A DNA stretch of 64,000 bases from Monocercomonoides exilis PA203 (taxonomy: Eukaryota; Protista; Preaxostyla), in NCBI GenBank assembly GCA_001643675.2, contig LSRY02000046.1:1-64000 (forward strand), in the 5' to 3' direction. The translations under genes and the position numbers were made by a program. The notes under the pieces are model-generated. The model saw only the letters and a program-made list of their open reading frames with translations, was not told the origin of the DNA and did no database searches. Position 1 is the stretch's first letter; each line of letters opens with the position of its first letter. Below are positions 53,501-64,000 of this stretch, piece by piece.

Positions 53501-56500
53501 GCTGAAGCAGCTGCTTCACACACACCCGCGCTCCACACAAGTGCTCAGAGCATACGGCGCCTTCCTGCGGGACATCCTACGAGATGATGACACCGCCAAC
53601 CAGCTGTTCTCCACTGCCAACGCAATTGAAGACGACACCTCGTCTGTGATGGCACAAAGTCAGACAGCGTCTTACTCGATCGAAACAGGAGGAGATGGAG
53701 ACAGACACAGCCAGCTGAGCTCGCTGGATGGGCAGTCCATCAGCAGCAACTCAGTTGGCTCGAAAAGCGTCAGCAGGCTGAAGAAGAGGCAGAAGCGAAA
53801 GAGACGCCATCAACCAGCTACAAGTGCATCAAAAAGCGGGAGCGATGCAGATGCGTCTGTTGTGAAGTTGGCTGAGGAAGAAAAGAACCTCTTGCCGAAC
53901 TTCTATCCAGCAGCAGTCATTTCGCTTCTGCTTATTTTGGGCTGTCTTGTGTTTGCGTTTGTGTTTACACAGACCACCTTCGATCGCTGTGTAGAGATGA
54001 CAGCAGCGCTGGAGAGCGTGGAGACTCTACAGTCGAGTGTCATGTCGATGTTTCTTTCTGCCAAGCTGGCTGAAATCAGATGGAGTGGCCTTGTGACAGG
54101 GCAGGTGATGTTTGTGCCTGATCAGAACGAACTGCAGCAGGAGATGGTGGAACACTCAGCGGGTGTTCGAGAGGGGCTTCGTGGGGCACATTTGAGAATG
54201 GCACAGAAAGAAGGAGATGTTCTGAAGAAGAACGGATTCCGCAGTGTGTTTGAATGGAACAGCATCAGCCAATCGCTGCTGTTGGTGAAGACAGACGGGG
54301 CAACAGTGGAGAAGATATGGCAGAAGAAGACGAATGCAATCGACCTGTTTCAACAGATCTCGAACATCGGTACAGATTATGGCATGTACTGGATGAACCA
54401 CGACGAGACATTCTGGAGCAATTTCTACTTCCTCCGGGCGAATGTGCCGCTTGTGTCGTCGGAGGAGATGAAGACGATGGCCCTTTCATTCGTTTCCATT
54501 GCAAAGTCTGACTCAACAACAGCAATTGTGGTGAGTGTGGTGCTGTGTGTTGTGTCTATCTGCACTGCAATTGCATTGATTGTTGCACAGCTCATCCGCA
54601 CAGCACGTCAACTGACGGTCGAAAGAAGGTCGGTGTTCTTCAACTTTGTGATGGTGCCCAAAAAGAGGGTGATGAAGCTGAAGCAGCGTCTGGATGAGAC
54701 TGATGCAGATGAAGAAGAGGAGGATCATCTGCAAATAACTGAATGGCCTATTCCAACAGTGTTTGGAGAAGTTGTTCCAACAGAAGAGAACTTGAACCAG
54801 GGAGAGAACAATTGCAGTGGAATGGGTGATTCGAGCAATATGAGTGGAAGCAGAAGAGAAGGCAAGAATGCGAATGGAAATGAAGGAAGATATGAAAAAG
54901 AGGGAATTCTGCAGGAATCATTGGATTGCATACGGATGGGCGATGAAATGAGCGGGAAGACGCCTCATCAGAATGAAAATGCTGACAGAGCAAATAATGC
55001 GATGAGTGCAGTTGAGAGAGATGTTGATGGAGAAGGACAGCAAATGAACATATCGCAAAATTCAGCTCCGGCGACGTGCATCAAAAGTGGCTCAAAATGC
55101 TTTCCATCAGAAAACGGGCAGCAAACACAGCAAATGCAAACAGGCTCGTTTGTGCTGGATCAACAGCAATTGCAGGCACCCACACACACATCTGTGCTGT
55201 CACTTGTTAATCAGCCAACGTTCCAGCAGTCCAACCAGCAGAATAATTCTCTTCTCTCCAAATCGTCTCGTTCATCTTCCTTTTACGCATCTCCTCAGCC
55301 AATGAAAGTGCAACCACAACATCAGTCTTCATTTGTATCTGTTCCACAACCTTCTGTTTCTTCTTCTACTTCTTCTTCTTCTTCTTCTGAACATCAGCAG
55401 CAATACAGCGCAATCAGCACAAATCAGATGCCTATTTCAGGGAGTCTTTCTTCTCCAATTACAAACACACTAACATCCTCTCTCATAATTCCCCCTCTTC
55501 CATCTCCATCTCCTTCACCTTCACCTTCTCCATCCCCTTTTCCTTTTCCTGTTCCTGTTCAACAGCCAACTCAACAACAGCAGCAGCAACAGATTGCGCA
55601 GCTCCAAAAGTACATTCAGATTCTTCAGCAGCAAATAATCTCACCTTCTCCTTCACAAAATATCCCAACAACATTCACCCCACCATCTTCTTCTTCTTCC
55701 ACACAATCACTTATTCAATTACAACCATCTTCCACATCGTTTCCCCAGTTCAATCCTTCGTCTTCTCCTCTTCCCTGTTCTTCTCCCTCGTTCCAGCAGC
55801 TTCCTTCAGCTTCGCCTGCAATCACAGCTACTTCTTCTGTTTACTCCACTCATCCTCTTCTGTCTTCCCAGTCATCCATCTTCCCAACAATGAATCCCTC
55901 TTCCTCATCTTCCTCTCTTCTCCCTATTTCTCCGATTTCTCCGATGACACAGTGCATCCAGCAGCAGATGACTGAAGGGCGTCTTTTCGTGTCAGAAAGA
56001 GAAGATGTCAAAGGACATCAAAATGGAGAGAGAGAAATGGAGAGGAAGATGATGGAGTCGCTGGAGGAGAAGCAGAAGTTGGAGGAGGAGAGAGAGAAGC
56101 AGCGTGTAGAAGAGGCAGAGGAAGAGAAGAAGACTGAATTGGAACGAGAAATCAACGAAATCGGAGGAGCCATCCCGTTTTCGTTCTTTGTGCGTGCTGT
56201 GACAGGCTCTCTTCTTGTGATTCTGAGTGTTATAGTCTTTTTTGTGATTGGCGTTGTGTCCATCTCAACTGTCGTCAGCCGAAACACAGCCATTTTGCTG
56301 TCCTCTCATCGCACCGTGCTTTTGTCTGTTGTGTCTGCCCTTGCGTTGAACATCCCCCATCCTGGCTCAGTTGAGCTGGGGAGCGGATTTGCAGTGGAAG
56401 GGGCAAGCGCCCCTTTGTGGAACGACATGTCGCACATCACAGCAGACAAAGAGACCACCCAAAGGCAGCTGAACACCACCCTCACCTTCTTCACGCTGCT

Positions 56501-57599
56501 GCACCAGAAAGTGTCTGAAGGAGGCTCAGCCAGCAGAGGGGGAGTTGTGACAGGCGACGGCAGACTGGACGAGCTGACGTCGAGCAGAACGTTGGAGGTG
56601 GGCTCTGCGCTGAATGACCTGATGCTCCGCTCTGTCAGCTGCCTGATGATCGACCAGGGAAAATGCGTGGATGGGCGGATGCAGGGCGTGAGCGGGAACT
56701 TCTCTGGGTTGGAAGGGCTGGTTGGGCTGTTCTCGTCGCAGGCGCTGAGTCTGGCAGCAGAGAAAGAGGTGGCAAATGTGCAGCTGAGCGACCAGCGTGT
56801 GCAGACGATCGAGTCGATTATGCTGAACGACCTGCGCGACGGGATGACACGCTACACCCAAATTCTGATAGAAGAGCAGGTGTCCACAAAGGACATGTTC
56901 CAGAACCTGCTCGTTGTGTTCTTCGTCCTCGCCTTTGTGGCTGTGCTGAGTGGATTCGCAGCGTGCATATTGCCCACCCGCAGCCAGCTGTTCCGTGTGG
57001 CTGAGAAGACGATGAAGATGGCTGAGCTCGATGGTGCAAATGACCAGACACTGCAGATTTTGGAGTGGACAGACAACTACTGCTGCGATGTGCACCGGAC
57101 AGACGTGGCACATCAGGCGCTGTGCGAAGAGTCGCTGCGTCTGGTGAAGGCGATTGACGACGAGAACAAAGAGGAGATCAGACAGTCGCTGGTACCGTTT
57201 GTGACAGGGATGCTGGCGTGCCTGGCGGATGAAGAGCATCTCATGGAGAAGTACAAAATTCCTGTGCTGCACAAAAAGAAGCATTTTGTGGAGCACTCGT
57301 CGTTTGTGCGGCGGCTGACGCAGATGGCGCTGCAGGGTGCGCAGGGCAGTGCATCAACGACGGCAGTTATTCAGCTGATGGGGATGTGGATATCAGACCA
57401 CATTCTGAAGACAGACAGGGACTTCGCATCGATGCTGCTCGGGACAGCGCCCCAGTCAGATTTGGAGAGAGAGATCAGAATGAATGTGGCAAAAGTGCCT
57501 CATTCATTCACAGAATATCTCGAGTCAGACAACGCCAACCTGCAGGACAGATCTCTGTTCAACACAATGCTCAAAACACTCGGAATAAACGCTACTTGA
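50576..57599 (+). CDS. Multi-pass membrane protein (TmcB/TmcC-like) with TPR-like region, S/P/Q-rich loops and C-terminal hemerythrin domain
   Basis: Uninterrupted 2180-codon frame (51057-57599) plus three short AT-rich GT-AG introns between ~50685 and ~51052. Shares motifs with the divergent paralog (FIFNYNPKH; VLRAYGAFLRDILRDDDTA). Hemerythrin signature W..NY...TDVAHQAL...DEEHLM...HFVEH...WISDHILKTD at ~57058-57440. Confidence 0.88.
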
Positions 57600-58192
57600 A
57601 CACTGCTTAGTTTATTTGTTTGTTTGATTGCTTGATTTCTCTTTCTCTCTCTGTGTTTTTATCTCCCTATTTTTACAACGTGATGTAAATGTCTTAAGCA
57701 ACTGTTTATGGTTTCGGTTTAAAAGATCCTTATAAAAGCAATTTTGCTTAACAGATCGTACATTTATGATTATTGTAATTTCTGTTTTGAAGTTTTTTAG
57801 CTTTTTGATTGTCATTTTCAAATCATGATGATATATTACAAATTTAAAGTTAACTTTATTATATTCAGTGTTGTTTTTGTTTATCTTCGTTGCAATACTT
57901 TGTTTTTGTGGGACATCTCGAACTCATCTAAAGTTTTTCTATATATTTACGTTTCTCAGATCATTCAGCGCCATTCATTAAATATTTAAACTAAGTGTTT
58001 TTTTATTATTGTTATTTTTTTATTTTTTATTCATTTTAAACAGTTTTTTGTTCAGCTCATAAGCTGTTTTACGTATTCATTTTCAAATTTTTTTTGTATA
58101 TTTCTTTCTCTCTTTTTATTGTCATTGTAATGGTTTTCTAGTAGTTATTTGAATTTTGTTTTCTCATAACAAACAAAGGTAATTTCGATCAA

Positions 58193-58638
58193 ATGGATTT
58201 GTCACAAATTGAAAGTCAATTATCCGAGCAAACAAAATCGCCTGAACAATTAAAAAAGATTGAGCAAGATCGCAGTAAAGCAGAGGAACAAAAAAATCAA
58301 ATTTTGCATGCCATTTTGACAGCAGAAGCACTTGAAAGATGTTTGTGCTTTATTTTGTGTATATTTCACATAAATTCACATATTTATGATGAAATATGTA
58401 TATATTTATCTATTACATTATCATTTCACATATAGTGAATAGAATAGGTCTTGTTAACCCAGAGAAAAAGGCTCAAATTGAAATGGCTCTTCTTCAACAA
58501 GCTCATTCAACAAGAAATAAGATTGATGAAGACCAACTAGTAACGATGATAGACACATTTTATTCTTCAAAGCCTGAAGTTAAAATTACTTTTAAGCGAA
58601 GAAATGATGCTTGGGATGATGATGAAGACGATATCTAG
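58193..58638 (+). CDS. PDCD5: Programmed cell death protein 5 homolog (dsDNA-binding)
   Basis: Two exons with intron 58341-58435 (GT..AG). The joined protein reads QILHAILTAEALERLNRIGLVNPEKKAQIEMALLQQA...KIDEDQLVTMI...KITFKRR..DDDEDDI*. Confidence 0.92.
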
Positions 58639-58990
58639 AAATGTGAAGATAATGCATCTCTCAAGCTTCTTTTTTCTTTCTTTCTTTTTTTTTTACAAAT
58701 TACTACTTTCTCGCCCACTTCACTGATGTCTTTTATCAACATTTTTGTAATTTATTTTCAATTGGTTTAATAATTTACGGATATCTTGCTTCAATCATTC
58801 AACCTTTTTTCAGAAAAAACTTTTCAACTACAAAGTGCAACTTGAGATTTAAATGAAAATCATTGGCTCCTGAGACTGAAAGATGAAATCTTTTAAATCG
58901 TTTTTTGGTTGAGGTGAAATTCAACTTTCCTGTTCTGAAAATTTAATTAATAAATTGTCTTAACATGATAAAAAATAAATAAATAAATGT

Positions 58991-59538
58991 TCAAGTTTCC
59001 CATGGTTTCTTCCCCATTGATTGGCGTATCAGTTCTTCTTCTGTTATGTCCTCTGATGTTATTCTTTTGTAATCCTTAACATGATCTACAATAATTTTTC
59101 GCGTCAAAACCTTTAAAATTAATAACAAATCTCTTCGCTTAAAGCGGAAATAATGTAATAAATTTCAAACTGATGTTCCATTTAAATTATCAACAGCAAG
59201 AACAGTGCTTCGAACATCTTCATATTTTACAAAGCAAAACCCTCTAGGTTTACCGGTTTCTTTATCTCTGGGGTAATTGAGTTCACTGATTTCCCCATAT
59301 CTGAATTTTATTGTTTTTTTTTTTAAAAATTGATTTTTGAGAAAAAAATTAATTTTATAGCAAAAACAAACTGTGAAAATATTGCTAATAAATCTCCTTC
59401 GGTAAGATTAAATGGAAGTCCTCCTGAATAAATCCATGCAGATTCTTTATATTCGTCATGCCATGAACCTTTTCCATATTCAATTCCCATATCTAACTCG
59501 TAATCATTCAGTTTATTTATTTCATTAATTCTGCACAT
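58991..59538 (-). CDS. RBMX2: RES-complex RRM protein RBMX2/Snu17 (Ist3)
   Basis: Three exons (introns 59371-59301 and 59170-59111). SWHDEYKESAWIYSGGLPFNLTEGDLLAIFSQYGE...RDKETGKPRGFCFVKYEDVRSTVLAVDNLNG...IVDHV. Confidence 0.95.
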
Positions 59539-59626
59539 TTTAATATGGGACTTCAGAAAATCAAAAATATTTTATTTGACAGTTTGATATGTGCGATATG
59601 AAATTTTGAAATGCTTGCAAATTCAC

Positions 59627-62600
59627 TTAAAAGCCATATTGCTGAAGTCTTTGATGTAGGGCAGATTCAAGTGCATTTACAATTGAAGGCCAAATATGCG
59701 ATTCTTCTAATGTACTTTTTAATAACAAAATAACTTTTTGAATTCTTTCTCTTTGAGCAGGAGGAAAGAATGTTGAAGAACCAGAATTTGCTTGCAATAT
59801 AGTATTAGAAAGGCTTATTTGATATGAATAGAAACCACTTATAGAAAGAAGTGTCTGAAGAAGAAGAGAAGGGTTAGCTGCAATCATTGGCAGCTCGGCT
59901 TCGGCCACAGCGCATAGCCCATCCACCAGAACTGTGCTGCACTGCATGTTTTTGCCTTTGTGGACAATGCCCCACAGCCAGTGTCCCACCGTTCCTGCTC
60001 TGTCCAGCTCCTTCGCAACCATCTTTGATGCCTCTGTGCCACACACCCCTGCCACTCTTCCCATACACTCGCACACACTCAGCCCAAACTGCACCCCACA
60101 GCCAAGTCCCTGCTGCTGCCGGTGCTCGCTCTCTTCCCAGAACTCCTCAACATCCCCGCGGTGCACCGTCGTTTCCGGCGGAAGAGCAGAAAGAGGGATC
60201 TTTGCAGAAGGGACAAGTGGAGCAAGATAAACCAGAAGTTGGGCAAGAGGAGGCACCAATGAGTGGAGGAATGGGGTGATGTGGGTGCCAACTGCAATGA
60301 TGATGTTGTTGAGGGCAGAGACAGCGCTGTTGGCAACTGTAAAATATATCTGAAAGTTTTTTGAGGTGGCTGAGAAGTTGAATGGAGGGAAGGAATGATG
60401 ATGGGCACTTAATATGGCTGCTGCATCTGATGACAAAGACAGTCCGCTGGTTGAGCTGGGGCGTTGTCCTATTCTTGTTGATGCCATCGCTGGTGAAGAA
60501 AGAGGTGGTGATGGCTGTGATATGAGTGAGATGGATGACAGAGAAGGTGAAGATGAAAGTGTCGGAGAAGACAAAGGAGGAGACGAAGGTGAAGGAACAA
60601 CCGCCATCGGATTGCGTGCAGCAACCATCTGAGCAATCTTCTGCTCATCCCATTTGATGTGGCCAGGCACAATTCGATCGATCACAACGGGAAAGATCAC
60701 AGACAGCACTGTTGCACCGTTTGGCTGAGGAGACGTGACAAACTCGGGAGATTTGCTTGTGATAGACATCAGCAGATTGAAGAGCGAGCGGAGAATAAAG
60801 AGCGAGCGAGAAGACGCTGCCACTGCAATTAGCTCAGCACAGTGCGATGAAACAAGCAGAGGAACAGTCAGCGAAGGGGCTGTGCATTCGATGAACGTGC
60901 ACAGGAAGTTGAGTGAAGCAGTCACTGATGGATTTTCGCTTTCTTCGTAGTGAGCTGTGAGATATGCGTAGTCTGACTGGAGTGATTGCTGGATACGTGC
61001 TGATTTCGATGTGCTGTCATATGCCTTCTCTGCATAGCGGTCGAAATCTGCCTTCTCCTTCATCACCTCATCATGCACAATCCTCACCACAAAGTCCACA
61101 ATCTTCGGAGCAAATGGCATAAAAGCGCTTCCCTCTGTGTTCTCCACAATCCGTTCAAATGCTGACATGATGTGTGGAATGAGTCTGGTGTCAGACGGAG
61201 GCAGGGCAAACAGTCTGTCGCCAAGTGCAACCATCAGCGGCTTCAGATGCTCTTCAGAGCGGAACAAGGCTCCTGCAGCATCGACGATGGAGGCGCTGAG
61301 AGTACACAAATGCCGCGCATTCGCCTTTTGGTACACGCGAAATGCCCGAAACACATTTTCGAGCAGAAGAGAAGAGTATGGTCTGATTCGAGGGCCACAC
61401 TCATCCACAACAAGATTCAATGCAACACATGCAGAACGTTGAACCTGTTTTAATTTCATTCATAAAAACACCAAAAATAGAAAAGAGACAGAATTCAAAA
61501 AGAAATTCATGAAATTAAAAGACAAAATGATATTTTATATTTAGAAATCGTAATGTATCACCTCTTTGTTCTTGTCAAGCATTCCAATCGACAACGCATT
61601 CAACACTTCTGCCAGCCACTTTCTGTCGTCTGCTCTGATCGTCTTCTCTCCCGTCGCTTCTTCGCGTGCAGCATCTTCCTGCAGTCTGATCTGCACCCAG
61701 CTTTCGTCGTCTGGCAGCGGGCCACACACCCACACGCTTGTCTTCCCCAGCGCCCAGCATGCGATCATCCTCACAAGTGGATGGGCATCGTTGACTGAGT
61801 GGATGAGCCACGGCAGCAGCTGCGGCAGAAACGGCGCGGCTGAACTGAGCGACGCCTTTGCCACGATTCCAGCAGCAAACACGCCGCACTCTCGCTGCTT
61901 CCACTTTGCTGTGTCTTTTGAGGCTGAAGGTGCGTCAATGACAGCTTTTGCTTCTGATGCCTGGGATGAAGAGGAAGAGGCAGAGGAAGAAGAGATGGAA
62001 CCAGCAGTTGCCTGTTCAGCTGGAGAAGGAGTATCAACAACAGCCATCAGCGAAATGGCACACTGAATGACACGAGGAACAACAAGTGCAGGGAGAGCTG
62101 TTGCCAACGCTTCGAGTCCGCACGATGCACTCTTTCGTGGTGTCCAGACGTCGTTCATCTGACTTTGGAATATCTCGTCGTATTCTTCGTTGGTATCTGC
62201 ATCTGTCTGCGAGGAAGAGGAAGAAGAAGAAGATGATGATAATGATGCTTGTGGTTGTGCCATTGAAGAGACTGGATTAGAGTCACCAAAAACTGATTGA
62301 GATGAATGCATCTCCACAACTGCTGGAGGGATTGCTTGGTCAGGATCAGCAATTTCACTGTCTGAAATGACGATATGAAAAAGAAAGAAAGAGAAAAGAG
62401 AACAGATTTATTAAAGAACGATTGTGAAAAATTATGCATTTGTTTGTTAAATTGTTAATGAAATCATAATAAAGTTATCCTAACCTTCTTTGAGAAATCC
62501 GGAATATTGATAGAGGTCTGTTGCGGTATATGTCAGCTTTGTAATAATTCTAGGAATAATCCTGAGGAAAGAAATGCAGACAAAAAGCGAAAGGAAAGAA

Positions 62601-63977
62601 ATATATATATGTATAAATCAACATTTTTCAAAGGACAAAAGAAAAACAGAAAAATATCACTATCTCAATGTTTAAAATAATAAACACACGTGTCAAGCTT
62701 TTTTGGGACAGAAGCTTCGAGGAGCAGCCAGTTCTCGCAAATAGACTGCCAGAACTCGATTCCTGCCATTTCTAAGTGCTCGTTTGGACTGTCCATACAA
62801 ATAAGTGCAAAGTCAATTAGTGCATCGCTTTGTGGAAGAAGAGGATGAGTGGGCTTGATGTGTTCTTGGAAGAATGATGAAAATTACATCATTCAGTGCA
62901 AATGTGTTCATAAAGTCAATGAAAAGGGAATGTTAATGATATAGATAAATAAATCATTTGAAGATGATGAAGAAAATAGTTAAAAACGATATTTATTGAG
63001 AAAAATTAACAAATTGTATTATGTAAAACAATTTGAAGATAAGTGGAAAAAAGATTGGAGAAACCGTCTTGGGGAGCGTCTGCTGGACCAAAAGGAAAAT
63101 GAATAAGGACAGTCAAAGATTCCAGGACAAGTGTGCGAACAAGTGGATTCTGGTCGCCAGCACAAGTCAGAAGCATCGTCAAGTAATTCTCCACTTTGTT
63201 CTGAAATAACTCCTGTGACGCAATACACATTGTCTTCAATGCAGTCAGCAGCGAGCACAACACTTTTGCTATTTTTGCAGTTTTACACAGACCAATAAGT
63301 GAGTCGACAAGAGTTTCAAGTTTTCTAAGTTTAAAATGAATAAAATAAAAAAGTCAAATTTTCTTCATAAAACAATTGTCTTTGAGCAAACTCTCTTAAC
63401 TTGAGTAGTTCCATCTTTTCTTCATTGTCTTCAACTATTTTCACCAAGCAACTTGAAGCCCCTTCTGCATAATGTGCTTCATTACCTTGAATAACAGTTA
63501 GCAGTTGCCCAATAAATGGAAATCCGTTTTCAAATCCAATTACATCCAGGAATGCACTTATGGTGCTTCCAGCTGTTATTCTGATCTGCTCTAATTCATC
63601 CCCGAGGGATTGTAACACAACATCAAAGCATTTTCCTCTCAATTCTTGTGAAAACGAAGGCGGTTTCGCCTTTAAAAAGCGAATTAATTCAAAACCCGCG
63701 AGTTGCCTAGTTGTTGCTGGTAAAGTTTTCATTGAACTTAAAATGCATGTTAAATAAAATGCGTATTCTGGCATTTCCAACGAAAATTTCTCACGAGCCT
63801 TAAAGCGAAAATTTTAATTACACAAAAATGAAAATGATAAAATGATAAATAAATATTTATTGCTTATTAGCACAGCACTCAAACAGCATTCGCTTGTGCT
63901 TGAGCTTCATTTGTTCCATTTTTTGATTGCTCAAGAGTCAAAATAATTGTCTGAATGGACTGCTCCGCTTGAAAAGA
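59627..63977 (-). CDS. TNPO1: Transportin-1 / karyopherin beta-2, multi-exon; start lies beyond the window
   Basis: HEAT repeats with diagnostic motifs: an acidic loop followed by WTPRKSASCGLEALA, WKQRECGVFAAG, HPLVRMIACWALG, MLDKNKE|VQRSAC (intron 61561-61445), YQKAN, and C-terminal QYGF*. Several GT-AG introns up to 63977. Confidence 0.88.
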
Positions 63978-64000
63978 CTGTTAAAAAATAAGTCATTCGT

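Noticed and set aside
36228-59629. Genome-wide TAA/TAG = Gln code
   Set aside because: The Gln-rich 2180-codon ORF contains no TAR codon. PDCD5 ends on TAG and TNPO1 on TAA at their expected C-termini.
51863-62439. Many antisense or alternate-frame ORFs within the large genes
   Set aside because: Shadow ORFs of GC-richer coding sequence with no independent motifs.

Overview
AT-rich eukaryotic DNA with short GT-AG introns and the standard genetic code. The gene families point to an oxymonad, most likely Monocercomonoides (inference). The window reads like a left chromosome end. In order it holds: (1) a >=20.6-kb array of ~59 near-identical 352-bp units ending in a perfect 23-bp-arm palindrome; (2) a disrupted gene for a tyrosine recombinase (R-K-H-R-W-Y residues present) that appears fused to a C-terminal TRF-type telobox Myb domain; (3) clusters of CCCTAA telomeric repeats about 2 kb upstream of that gene, then a GC-rich hairpin cluster; (4) an orphan 3' ~1 kb of LSU rRNA cut at the peptidyl-transferase centre with a fold-back junction; (5) a giant receptor-like gene (beta-helix-like ectodomain, TM, pseudokinase) with one in-frame TAA; (6) a head-to-head pair of multi-pass membrane genes (TmcB/TmcC-like) with C-terminal hemerythrin domains, with an ~80-bp-arm inverted repeat between them; (7) intact housekeeping genes PDCD5, RBMX2/Snu17 and transportin-1. 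The best candidate for a new system is a telomere-repeat-targeted tyrosine-recombinase (Crypton-like) element linked to the telomeric relics, the palindrome and the satellite.
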